IMG/VR virus record: IMGVR_UViG_3300023265_000001
DNA length: 64,000 bases
DNA from: a virus
Strand: one strand, 5' to 3'
In this document: one piece after another, positions 1 to 8,197 of the stretch
Layout: every line of letters begins with the position of its first letter
How positions within the stretch are numbered: position 1 is the stretch's first letter
Position numbers and translations under genes: made by a program
Notes under the pieces: generated by a model
Databases searched by the model: none
The model's input: the letters and a program-made list of their open reading frames with translations, nothing else
Told to the model about the DNA's origin: nothing

Positions 1-165
1 GCGAGTCCGCCAGGTCGTGTTGACGGGCCGGGTCCGTACGGGGTCGGTCGGCAGGTCGCACTTCCGGCGCCCGGTCTGCAACCTCGCGTACTCGCAGGCG
101 CGGTGATCGGGCTCCCAGTATTCAGAGAGCACCCAGAACGGCAGGTCTTTGTCGGTGCGAGACAT
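1..165 (-). CDS. hypothetical protein, N-terminal 55 codons (gene continues past left edge)
   Basis: ATG 165-163 with AAGGAGG 5 nt upstream on minus strand; frame open to nt 1; strong G/C at codon position 3. Confidence 0.5.
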   Translation of the reverse strand, partial: MSRTDKDLPFWVLSEYWEPDHRACEYARLQTGRRKCDLPTDPVRTRPVNTTWRTR

Positions 166-244
166 CTCGTCCTCCTTAGAGGACCACGCGGTGTGGCCCT
201 ACTAAGGCGGATGCGCTGTCATGCTCATGTGGGACAGCATACCA

Positions 245-481
245 CTAGTGCCCGACATTTTTCCGGCGGATCGCATCGGCGCGCAGACGGCGCAGACGAT
301 GAACCAGGACGGGCTCGGCGGCTTCCGCCTCGGGCCGGTCGATCAGCCTGTTCAGCAAGCCGTAGTAGCGGGTCGGCGTGAGTCCGAACTCGTCGCGCAT
401 AGCGGAGTCCTTCTCGCCGCGCAGCCTCCACTCGCGGTGCTCGAAGGCCAGAAAGGCGAGATCCCGCTCCGAAAGCGTCAC
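245..481 (-). CDS. DUF3263-like small protein
   Basis: 78 aa; LSERDLAFLAFE..W..G.K..A.R.EFG...RYYGLLNRLID pattern recalls actinobacterial DUF3263; 4-nt overlap with upstream gene. Confidence 0.6.
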   Translation of the reverse strand: MTLSERDLAFLAFEHREWRLRGEKDSAMRDEFGLTPTRYYGLLNRLIDRPEAEAAEPVLVHRLRRLRADAIRRKNVGH

Positions 482-798
482 GCGGTTTCGCCGCGGAAGT
501 ACGGCCGGCGCGCGGATACCAGCTGGCCCATGTCACGGAGCGGAATCGCGACAGCGCCGGCGGCGATGGCGGCCGTGCGACGGGCATCGACCACGTCGTA
601 GTGGAAGTGCGCGCAGACGCCGTCGATGCTCGGGCAGGGGCCGTACTTGCAGTGCCCCTGAAACCAGCTGCGTCGCATCCCGATCTGCTCGGCGAACTGG
701 TGCAGCTCCTCGACGCTGGTGGCGGTCAGGTGCGACCAGCGTGCGGTGATTCCCCCGACGCGCGCCTTGGCGCGAAAGTCGTCAACGTAGACGGTCAC
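478..798 (-). CDS. DUF4031-like protein
   Basis: 106 aa; MTVYVDD..W.HL.A.S.EELH.FAE.IG...WFQ...HYD pattern typical of DUF4031. Confidence 0.6.
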   Translation of the reverse strand: MTVYVDDFRAKARVGGITARWSHLTATSVEELHQFAEQIGMRRSWFQGHCKYGPCPSIDGVCAHFHYDVVDARRTAAIAAGAVAIPLRDMGQLVSARRPYFRGETA

Positions 799-852
799 TG
801 GATCACTCCTTTTCCTGAGGGCAGGGCAGCCGGTTCAGCCGGGACGCGATGC

Positions 853-1053
853 TCATGGTCGCTTCTCCTCTTGCGGCAACGGGACCACCAGGAAGGCGCG
901 GTCGCAGTTGGCGTAGGGGCAGTGCAAGACGTCATCCCAGGCGTGCCGCGGCGGCGGAACCCAGACGAGCCGGACGCGGGCCGGCACCTGGCACTCATTC
1001 TCGCAGTCCATCACCGCGGGGCCATCGATGACAGTCACTTCACCAGCCCGCAT
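853..1053 (-). CDS. hypothetical Cys-containing protein (66 aa)
   Basis: C-terminal part of ORF 853..1281 (upstream part is R/G-rich noise); ATG 1053, or GTG 1038 overlapping upstream TGA as GTGA. Confidence 0.45.
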   Translation of the reverse strand: MRAGEVTVIDGPAVMDCENECQVPARVRLVWVPPPRHAWDDVLHCPYANCDRAFLVVPLPQEEKRP

Positions 1054-1508
1054 TTGTAGGAAGGCCGGCAGAAGCCGCCCGGCAGTCGGCCGCAGCACTG
1101 AAACATCACAGCCGGCTCCGCGCTGGTGTCTCCCGTCTTCCCGGGGCCGGCCTCCGCCGGGCGCGAGAGGGCCGGCAGTTCGACGTCCCACTCGTTGCCC
1201 ACGAGATCCTCCGCGTCGATCTGGACCGAGCCGTCCGGATGGAACTCGATCTCTGTCCAGCCGCCGTCTGTAGTGTCCCATTCCAGTTGTACGCCGCCGG
1301 TGACCAACGGGACGATGCGCGGCTGCGGCAGCCTGGGCACCGCGGGGACGATCAGCGCCAGGCAGGTCAGGAACCGGCGCGCCGCTTCGATCGCGGCGCT
1401 GCTGATCGGCCTGGCGCCGTACGAATCCCAGCCCGGCCGCAACTGGGAGAACTCCGAGAGCTGCCTGTCCACGTACAGCGACCAGGGGAGCTGCTTGGGC
1501 TTAGGCAC
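1035..1508 (-). CDS. hypothetical protein (157 aa)
   Basis: ORF track; normal amino-acid composition and GC3 bias; member of minus-strand operon 3632->1. Confidence 0.6.
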   Translation of the reverse strand: MPKPKQLPWSLYVDRQLSEFSQLRPGWDSYGARPISSAAIEAARRFLTCLALIVPAVPRLPQPRIVPLVTGGVQLEWDTTDGGWTEIEFHPDGSVQIDAEDLVGNEWDVELPALSRPAEAGPGKTGDTSAEPAVMFQCCGRLPGGFCRPSYKCGLVK

Positions 1509-1920
1509 GCTGGCTCAGCTCGTCAACCTGCTGGCGCGCCGCCAGTACCGCATTGCCCACGCCTTCCCTGAGCGCCTTCGCGCCGCGGTACTGGTCGAGC
1601 AGCTCGGATATGACCGCCAGCGCCTTGCCGTAGATGCTGGCCTCGGCGACCGCCATCGTCAGCGGGGAGGAGGCCAGGCTGGCGAGCGCAGCGGCGCGCG
1701 GGCCTTCGCAGTCGGGGTGGCAGTAGTCCAGATTGTTGGCCTGCTCCCAGGTGGGGATCCGGTCGCCGGAGACCATCTCGACGGTCCTGAAGGTTCCGCT
1801 CCGGGTGAGCACCCAGTCGGCGCCGACTGCCTCGACGCGGCGACACGCGTACGAGTCCCGCCCGAACGAGCCGGCTGCGAAGCCGTGGATGACGTCGCCG
1901 GTAGTGAATCCGTGGGTCAT
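1501..1920 (-). CDS. hypothetical protein (139 aa)
   Basis: Internal ATG 1920 (MTHGFTTGDV) of ORF 1501..2115; upstream 65 codons are R/P/G noise. Confidence 0.6.
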   Translation of the reverse strand: MTHGFTTGDVIHGFAAGSFGRDSYACRRVEAVGADWVLTRSGTFRTVEMVSGDRIPTWEQANNLDYCHPDCEGPRAAALASLASSPLTMAVAEASIYGKALAVISELLDQYRGAKALREGVGNAVLAARQQVDELSQRA

Positions 1921-1922
1921 CG

Positions 1923-2342
1923 TCAGCCGCCAATCTTCCAGTGGTAGCTGTCGGGACGCACCTTGGGCATCGGCAGGCCGTTCTCCTCGGCGATCTGCTC
2001 GATCTCTGCAGTCCGTCGGTCGAAGGCCTCGGCCCTCTTGCGGTCCAGCTCGCGCGCCTCCGTGGGAGACGTCAGGCCGCGCATGAAGACGCCGACGACG
2101 AGGGCGACCGGCCACACCATCCCGATCACGGCGCCGAGAACAATGTCCATCCCCCGGTTCTCGGAGGAGACCAGAGGCTGACCGTGGTCCTCGTGGGGCT
2201 TCTTGAAGCGCTGCTCCCAGCTTTCCCGAACGGACAGCTCACGCTGGGCTTCCTGGTCGATCAGGTACAGCGCGGCGCTGCGCGCGGTCCACAGCCAGCC
2301 GAGCCCGTAGCCGGCGCAGGCCACGATCCAGTCGATCGGCAT
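1923..2342 (-). CDS. hypothetical membrane protein (139 aa)
   Basis: Internal ATG 2342 (MPIDWIVACAGYGLGWLW); two hydrophobic segments; ATGA overlap with upstream gene. Confidence 0.6.
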   Translation of the reverse strand: MPIDWIVACAGYGLGWLWTARSAALYLIDQEAQRELSVRESWEQRFKKPHEDHGQPLVSSENRGMDIVLGAVIGMVWPVALVVGVFMRGLTSPTEARELDRKRAEAFDRRTAEIEQIAEENGLPMPKVRPDSYHWKIGG

Positions 2343-2821
2343 CACAGAACCTCCGTCTTCGCGTCTGCGTCCAGGACGATGGCGGCGGCTTCCGCGCTGG
2401 AGCAGCAGGTGTCGCAGCCGTGGTCCTTGAACGGATTCTTGTCGTCGGGATCCACGTGGCCGATGCCGTGCGGGCAGTACCGCTCGATCACGCCGCGGTC
2501 GGCGCGCCAGTGCTGCGGCCAGCCCAGCATGTGGTGCTGGGTCGGCCAGTGGATGGCGCAGGGGCGCACGCAGACCGCTGCCCCGTGCGCCCACATCAGC
2601 TCGCCGCCGTTCAGCCTGACGTAGCCCCTGACGGCTGTGCGGTGCTCCGGCGTCGGCAGAGCCCTCCGCTCGACCCATTCGGAGAACTCCGGCCAGGTCA
2701 GTCCGAGGTACTCGTGCAGCTGCAGACCAGAGGCCCGGTCGTCGTGCCAGCGATCGATCCAGTCGTCGATGTCGCCGGCCAGCGCCCTGCCGTCGAAGTA
2801 GTCGTCGAGAAAGGTGATCAT
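2342..2821 (-). CDS. hypothetical protein (159 aa), His/Cys-rich C-terminal half
   Basis: ORF track; coupled overlaps at both ends. Confidence 0.65.
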   Translation of the reverse strand: MITFLDDYFDGRALAGDIDDWIDRWHDDRASGLQLHEYLGLTWPEFSEWVERRALPTPEHRTAVRGYVRLNGGELMWAHGAAVCVRPCAIHWPTQHHMLGWPQHWRADRGVIERYCPHGIGHVDPDDKNPFKDHGCDTCCSSAEAAAIVLDADAKTEVL

Positions 2822-3147
2822 CGTACGACCGCGCCTACCTCATCGACGCGGAGACGGACGATACGGCCGCGGCCCTCGGTCTCGTCGTTGGAGATGTCGT
2901 CGGCCGGCACGCCGGCCCGGTAGGCCTGCTCCAGCGCGGCGAAGGTGCCGCTGATGTAGACCGGCCGCTGGCCGCCGTTGTCGAGCCAGCCCCAGTACGA
3001 GCCGTGCTCGTCCTCGACGACGTCGATCTCGGCGACGCCGACGCCATCGCCGAGCGCAGCCCAGCCGCGGGGGCCGAAGTGGAAGAACTCTCTGCCCTCG
3101 GCGCTGGCATGCCGGCGCTGGGCGAACATCCGCCAGGTCTCACTCAT
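2818..3147 (-). CDS. hypothetical protein (109 aa)
   Basis: ORF track; 4-nt overlap with downstream gene. Confidence 0.65.
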   Translation of the reverse strand: MSETWRMFAQRRHASAEGREFFHFGPRGWAALGDGVGVAEIDVVEDEHGSYWGWLDNGGQRPVYISGTFAALEQAYRAGVPADDISNDETEGRGRIVRLRVDEVGAVVR

Positions 3148-3394
3148 GGGTGGGCTCCTTGGTCTCGCGGCCGAGCATGTGATCGATGGCGGCCCGGCGG
3201 TCCGCCACGCGGATGGCGTTCGTGTCGCCGTAGCGCAGGAACCATTCCCTGGATCCGTCCCCGGCCGGCCCCCATGCCACAGCCGAAGGGCTCTTGGACA
3301 GCCCCTGGCTCAGGTAGAGCGCACCGCCGACCGCCTCGTAGACAGTCCGGTCGTCGGTCTGGTCGACAACCCAGACGCTGATCGTCTCAGCCAC
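3140..3394 (-). CDS. hypothetical protein (84 aa)
   Basis: ORF track; overlaps neighbours by 8 nt on both sides. Confidence 0.6.
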   Translation of the reverse strand: MAETISVWVVDQTDDRTVYEAVGGALYLSQGLSKSPSAVAWGPAGDGSREWFLRYGDTNAIRVADRRAAIDHMLGRETKEPTHE

Positions 3395-3632
3395 TGATGT
3401 CTGCCTCGTGGGCGCCCGCCTGCAGCGCTGTGCGGCTGAGCATCCGGCTGAGCATCCGGATCCCGTCCGCCAGATCCTCCTCGTCGTACTCGATGATCCC
3501 GTTCCCGTCCTTGGTCACCGACAGCTTGATCAGCGGTCGACCGGAGCCCGGATCGCCGATCATCACGAACACCTCGTCGTGCGCTTTGGCGTCCTCGACC
3601 CGGAGGCCGTCCACCTCGCTGGTGATACGCAT
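3387..3632 (-). CDS. hypothetical protein (81 aa), first gene of minus-strand operon
   Basis: ORF track; acidic; non-coding region upstream. Confidence 0.65.
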   Translation of the reverse strand: MRITSEVDGLRVEDAKAHDEVFVMIGDPGSGRPLIKLSVTKDGNGIIEYDEEDLADGIRMLSRMLSRTALQAGAHEADISG

Positions 3633-3711
3633 ATTTGCTCCCTTCCTGTGGGTTCAGCGTACAGCATCGCATACCACATGGGGAGAGTCGAACGGTACAA
3701 GGTTGCCCTGC

Positions 3712-3864
3712 TCAGCGGCCCGTCACGATGGGCGCCTGAGGGCCAGGCGCAGTGGGCGGCGCGGAGTGGGCGTTGGCAGCGACCTGAGCGGCCGGCAGTG
3801 TCAGCAGGGACAGGACAACGACCACGGCGACGCGTCGGAGATAGCGAGCACGAACAGCAGACAT
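3712..3864 (-). CDS. possible small secreted peptide (50 aa)
   Basis: ATG 3864, GAGAGG upstream; MSAVRARYLRRVAVVVVLSLLTLPAAQVAA looks like a signal peptide; below ORF-track size cut-off. Confidence 0.3.
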   Translation of the reverse strand: MSAVRARYLRRVAVVVVLSLLTLPAAQVAANAHSAPPTAPGPQAPIVTGR

Positions 3865-3909
3865 GGGAAGGCCTCTCGCAAATTCGGGTGGGTCGAACGT
3901 ACCGCGAGC

Positions 3910-4160
3910 CTTGCGACCCCGCTGAAACGCCTGAAAATCCTAAGGTTTGGGACAATGTCCAATCTGCGTAGTATGCGGCCACCTTGCGACCCCCTATAGC
4001 AAACTTGGTTTGCCATAGATTTGCTATACGTATTTGATCTTGCGACCCAGTGATCTTGTAATACATCTGCAGGTCATCTGGGTTGTGACCCTCTTGCGAC
4101 CCCCCTTGCGACCCAGGGTCCAAGCCCGAGGCCCGCGCAGCAGACATGATCTTGCGACCC
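3910..4160 (+). repeat. six direct copies of CTTGCGACCC
   Basis: Exact 10-mers at 3910, 3983, 4039, 4093, 4105, 4151, all same orientation, in non-coding DNA. Confidence 0.9.
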
Positions 4161-4650
4161 TGGCCTCACACACGCATAGCAATTGCCATCATGGGGTGTG
4201 ACCATCGACGGTGCCAAAACGTGGGCTGACCTGCGTTTTGTCCATCAAGGAGATCAACTCCGGCCCGCTGGCCCAGATAGATCCAGATCGATGTCATAGC
4301 AAATGCCATGGCAAATGCTATGGCAAAACACATAGCAAACCCGGTTTTACGTAGTTTGCCATTCGGTTGAATACATGATCACTGAACGCTCGTTCACCTG
4401 AACGTGCGTTCAGGAAGCCGCGCGATAGCAAGTGCCATCAAAATGCCCCTGACCTGGTGTTCCACTCACAGGCCGTATAGCAAAACATGGCAAAACTGAT
4501 GGCAAATGCCATGGCAAATGCTATGGCAAGTGTTATGGCAAACGGATAGCAAACGCATGGCAAATCGATAGCAGAAGTAAGAAGTTACTAGCAGAGCTAG
4601 TAACTAAAGACCTCTTGTCGCAAGCTTCGCTGGCGACTGGCAAATGCCAT
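3996..4650. repeat. iteron field: >25 ATRGCAAA / TTTGCYAT half-sites incl. two tandem 11-12-bp arrays
   Basis: Tandem units start 4296/4308/4320/4332 and 4477/4487/4499/4511/4523/4535/4546/4557/4568; further inverted pairs at 3996-4028, 4178-4191, 4425-4438, 4638-4650. Confidence 0.9.
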
Positions 4651-4703
4651 CACCGATGAGGCGATGGCGGAGATCGCTGTCGGGGTGTGGTACGTTCTTC
4701 GGC

Positions 4704-4946
4704 ATGACGCCCCGGACCTTCATCGCCGCCACCGCCGACACCCTGCTCGGTGCCGCCGAGCGGCTCGACTGGGCCGAGGCCGACACCACCGCCGAGCAGG
4801 GCCGGAGCATGATCCTCGGCAACCTGCTGCGGCTGAGTTCGCTGAGCCTGGCGCTGACCGCCGTCCCGTTCATCGTCATCGACGTGATCTTCGGCGAGAT
4901 GGACCGAGCGACAGCCAGCGAGCCGCTGACCCCGGAACTCCGTTAG
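4704..4946 (+). CDS. hypothetical membrane protein (80 aa)
   Basis: Internal ATG 4704 of ORF 4644..4946; C-terminal hydrophobic segment LLRLSSLSLALTAVPFIVIDVIF. Confidence 0.45.
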   Translation: MTPRTFIAATADTLLGAAERLDWAEADTTAEQGRSMILGNLLRLSSLSLALTAVPFIVIDVIFGEMDRATASEPLTPELR

Positions 4947-5003
4947 CGACTTCCACACCAGGCTGTCTCACCAGCCAGGCCGTGTCACCGGCCAGATACG
5001 AAG

Positions 5004-5041
5004 AAGCCCCAGCCGTTTGCGGATCCAGCTGGGGCTTTTTC
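5004..5041. terminator. bidirectional intrinsic terminator
   Basis: AAGCCCCAGC...GCTGGGGCTT hairpin followed by TTTTT; lies between convergent genes. Confidence 0.75.
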
Positions 5042-5052
5042 GTGCCCGTTGA

Positions 5053-6129
5053 CTACCGGAACGGCGGCGTCCCGAACGCCACTCGCAGGGCTTCGATCCC
5101 GGCTGCCTTCGGGTCCAGGGTCCCCCACTGCGGAGTGTTCGAGCTGAAGTAGTTCGTCGCCACGATCTGGCCTTCACCCCGGAGCAGCTGCTCAGCGTTG
5201 ATGCGTTGCACGGCCGCCGGCCAGGCCCGGATGTAGGGCGCCTGACCGTTCACGTGGTCCTTGTTGGTACCCCACTCAGCGATGATGATCGGCTTCTTGC
5301 GGGCGTTCGGGCCGAGCAGGCGATAGCTGGTGATCATCTCCGACAGCCGGTCATACGGCGCGAGGTTGCCGGATCGGTTGTAGACGTTCCACTGCATCAC
5401 GTCGGTCGGCATGCTCTCGCCGTGCAGGCGCTTGAAGGAGTCGAAGCCGGACCAGGCGCCGGCCCATCCGGTGGAGAACGTGACGCCGCGGCCCAGGCGC
5501 GCGATGCCGACCGGCGGGTTCTTCAGCCAGCCGATCATGTACGAGTAGGCGGCGGCGGCCTTGGCGTCGGAGGTGATCCGGTCAAACACGGCGGACCCGG
5601 CGGAGGTGCCGAACTCGTTGTCGGTGTCGACCTCGCTGGCGAACTGGATGTTCACCCAGCCGGTCACCGGGACCTTGCGCAGCTCCACGAGCAGCCGGTG
5701 CAGCAGGCCGTCGATCGCACCCTTGGTCACCTGGTCGTACGAGTACGCCACCGGGTACGTGGTGTTCGCGCGCCGCTGGATTGTGCCGTTCGGCGCCGGC
5801 ACCGAGTAGCTCTTGCCCTCGACGGTGAAGTTCTGGGCGGACGCCGGCGCGCCGTAGACCTTCAGCTCGACGACCAGGTTGTAGAGCAGGCCGGCGGCGA
5901 CGAGCTGGGAGCGCCAGGTCTGCCCGGGGTAGATGGCCGGCCCGGTCTCGGCCAGCGAGTGGTAGCCGGTGAAGGAGCGCATGTTGACGTTGGCGAAGTC
6001 CGTTCGCCAGTCGCCGTTGCTGGCCACGTAGATGCCGCCGCGGACGCGTTCCGTAACGGCGTATTGGCTGCGCTGCAGAACCTCGTCTTGCCCGACCCCG
6101 ACATCGGTGATCGTGGTGACGGTTGCCAT
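5053..6129 (-). CDS. glycoside hydrolase-like protein (TIM-barrel, clan GH-A-like)
   Basis: 358 aa; QFASEVDTDNEFG and IIIAEWGT resemble acid/base and nucleophile Glu strands of GH5/GH26-type enzymes; by-eye only. Confidence 0.5.
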   Translation of the reverse strand: MATVTTITDVGVGQDEVLQRSQYAVTERVRGGIYVASNGDWRTDFANVNMRSFTGYHSLAETGPAIYPGQTWRSQLVAAGLLYNLVVELKVYGAPASAQNFTVEGKSYSVPAPNGTIQRRANTTYPVAYSYDQVTKGAIDGLLHRLLVELRKVPVTGWVNIQFASEVDTDNEFGTSAGSAVFDRITSDAKAAAAYSYMIGWLKNPPVGIARLGRGVTFSTGWAGAWSGFDSFKRLHGESMPTDVMQWNVYNRSGNLAPYDRLSEMITSYRLLGPNARKKPIIIAEWGTNKDHVNGQAPYIRAWPAAVQRINAEQLLRGEGQIVATNYFSSNTPQWGTLDPKAAGIEALRVAFGTPPFR

Positions 6130-6440
6130 CAGGCGACCGTCTTCCAGATGTACTCGGTGTTGTCCTGGTTGACGCTGAGCATGGTCCAGACCCGGCCCGC
6201 GCTGTCCTCGGGCGCACCGGTCACGACGCGGTCGGCCGGCGCGTCGACCACGTATTCGGATTCGGTGACCACCGGGTCCGAGGTGGTGCCGTCGGGCATG
6301 AAGACCACGGTCGTCGTACGGATCATGCCGCGCACCTCATCGGGGTCTCTGGGCACGATCGTGACGGTCAGCGTGATCTCCTCGCCCGGGGCGTAGACAG
6401 GCGGCGTGCGGTCGTACGAGTGCGAGACGGTGGTGAGCAT
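6129..6440 (-). CDS. hypothetical protein (103 aa), beta-rich
   Basis: ORF track; ATGA overlap with the hydrolase gene. Confidence 0.6.
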   Translation of the reverse strand: MLTTVSHSYDRTPPVYAPGEEITLTVTIVPRDPDEVRGMIRTTTVVFMPDGTTSDPVVTESEYVVDAPADRVVTGAPEDSAGRVWTMLSVNQDNTEYIWKTVA

Positions 6441-6547
6441 GCTGGTCCTCTCGATTAGCTACTCCATTGAGGAGGGTAATTACCTACCGTAGCGTGCTGA
6501 GCTGCTGGCCAAGAGATCCGCGCGTCGCTCCGCAGAAGTCGGTCGTG

Positions 6548-6994
6548 ATGGCTTACGCTGTCGCCATGACCTATGACGCAGGGCTCGACCACATGCTGGT
6601 GAAGTGGGGCATGAGCCTGGCCCATATCGCCCGCGTGACCAAGCTTCCGATCAGCCGCGTGCGGCACTGGCGCACCGGAGGCGAGCCGGCCGCGCCGCCG
6701 ATCGAGACCCGCAACCGGCTGGACGAGTTCGACCGGCTGCTGCGCTCGCTGCAGGACGCCGGCGCCGAAGAGCCGATCTACCAGCTGGAGCGCAGGCTCG
6801 TCGCCGGCTATACCGTGGTCGGCTGGGATCTCTATGACGAGGGCGAGTTCGAGGCGCTCGGCCAGATCGCCGCCGGCACGAACCCCGTGCATGTTCTGGA
6901 CCTGGCCATCCGGGACTGGCGGGATCGCTTCGGCACCCAGTTCGAGGTCTTCGAGGACACCGACGGGATCCCGTCGATCAGGTTCAAACAGTGA
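6548..6994 (+). CDS. putative HTH protein
   Basis: ATG 6548 (or 6566) within ORF 6467..6994; MSLAHIARVTKLPISRVRHWRTG looks like helix-turn-helix. Confidence 0.45.
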   Translation: MAYAVAMTYDAGLDHMLVKWGMSLAHIARVTKLPISRVRHWRTGGEPAAPPIETRNRLDEFDRLLRSLQDAGAEEPIYQLERRLVAGYTVVGWDLYDEGEFEALGQIAAGTNPVHVLDLAIRDWRDRFGTQFEVFEDTDGIPSIRFKQ

Positions 6995-7083
6995 GTCCGG
7001 AACCTCGACGGTGAACTGGTCCGGGTCCACATCCAGTAATCGATGTCGCTGTAGGCCCGAGGATTTGTTTTACGCTGCTCCAT

Positions 7084-7124
7084 GACGAAGGCCCCGCACC
7101 AGACGGTGCGGGGCCTTCGTTTAT
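7084..7124. terminator. bidirectional intrinsic terminator
   Basis: GACGAAGGCCCCGCACC agac GGTGCGGGGCCTTCGT hairpin plus TTT; convergent genes. Confidence 0.75.
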
Positions 7125-7134
7125 CCAGGTCAGA

Positions 7135-7386
7135 TCAGGTCCGAATGACCGGCGGTGCCTTCAGCACCCCGAGCACCTCGTCCGCCAGGTCCTCAGCCCA
7201 CGCCATGCAGCTGGGGTCTTCTCGGCCCGCCTCGGCGGCCTGCTCGACCTCGTCCAGGCCATAGTTGCTCCACGAGAACTCGGTAATCGCTTCGATCACC
7301 CGCTGCCGGCGCTCGAACCGGGCCTTCGTGAACACCTCGTCGACCGTGGGCAGGAGGTCGCCTTCGGAACCCGGCACGTCAGGCAC
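7135..7386 (-). CDS. hypothetical acidic protein (83 aa)
   Basis: ORF track; 8-nt overlap with upstream vWA gene. Confidence 0.6.
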   Translation of the reverse strand: MPDVPGSEGDLLPTVDEVFTKARFERRQRVIEAITEFSWSNYGLDEVEQAAEAGREDPSCMAWAEDLADEVLGVLKAPPVIRT

Positions 7387-8062
7387 CCTTCTCCACCTCG
7401 GTACGCAGCGCCGCGGCGACCGCCTCCGGGGTGGCGCCCTTCGAGTAGGACCGGGTCGACGCCGTCATGCCGGCGTAGCTGGACCGCGTCCCGGCGGCCG
7501 TGTTCGCCGTCTGGATGACGTTGTGGTCCCGGAATCCGAGCGACCGCCCCTGCTGCCACGCCGACGGGCCGGCCCCCAGGAACACGGCCTGCCACCGGCC
7601 GGTGCCCTCACGCTCCTCGATCATCTTGCTGATCTGCTCCGTGGTGAACCGGTGCGAGGAGTTCTCCTGGCCGTCGGTCTGCACCACCAGCAGAACCTTG
7701 TCCTCCGGCCCGAGTTCGGTCTCCCGCTCGAAGTCCACGATCATTCGGCCGACCGCGTCCAGCAGCGCAGTCCCGCCCTGCTTCGCGTGGTAGTTCCGGT
7801 TGTCCAGCCGCGGCATCGCCGACAGCTTCGAGGCGTTCGACAGCAGGTGGTACTCGGTCCCGAAGATGGCCGTGGTCACCCGGTACTTGGACCCCTTGTC
7901 CTTGCGCAGGCTGTCGATGTACTCGTTGAACCCGCTGATGGTGGCCTGCGCCAGGCCGTGCATGCTCGCGCTGTCGTCGACCGTCATCAGCACGTGCGTG
8001 ATGGGCTTGCCGGGCTTCGCGGCACTCGGCTCGGACTTCTGGGCCTTCAGGGCTTCGCTCAT
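7379..8062 (-). CDS. von Willebrand factor A (vWA) domain protein
   Basis: ATG 8062 with GGAAGGAG upstream; MIDAS DDSASM (DxSxS), GGTALLDA, VVQTDGQENSS; the 300 codons upstream in ORF 7379..8965 are noise. Confidence 0.8.
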   Translation of the reverse strand: MSEALKAQKSEPSAAKPGKPITHVLMTVDDSASMHGLAQATISGFNEYIDSLRKDKGSKYRVTTAIFGTEYHLLSNASKLSAMPRLDNRNYHAKQGGTALLDAVGRMIVDFERETELGPEDKVLLVVQTDGQENSSHRFTTEQISKMIEEREGTGRWQAVFLGAGPSAWQQGRSLGFRDHNVIQTANTAAGTRSSYAGMTASTRSYSKGATPEAVAAALRTEVEKGA

Positions 8063-8197
8063 GACTCTCCTTCCGGGCGCCGGCTGCGCCTCGAACTCGC
8101 AGCGTACCGGGCCGGTCTGACATGTGACTAGCGTGATCAAAACCCATGTGGTAAAGACCCTGATACCCTGTGCTGACTTCCCAAGAAAGGACCCCCA

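Noticed and set aside
4296-4578. ORFs reading through the iterons (MANAMANAMASVMANG; also MAIAIAFAIANAI at 51256-51164)
   Set aside because: These are pure translation of the ATGGCAAATGCC repeats. They are very short or terminate immediately, have no SD, and the DUF4097-like gene has a good SD and ATG at 51163.
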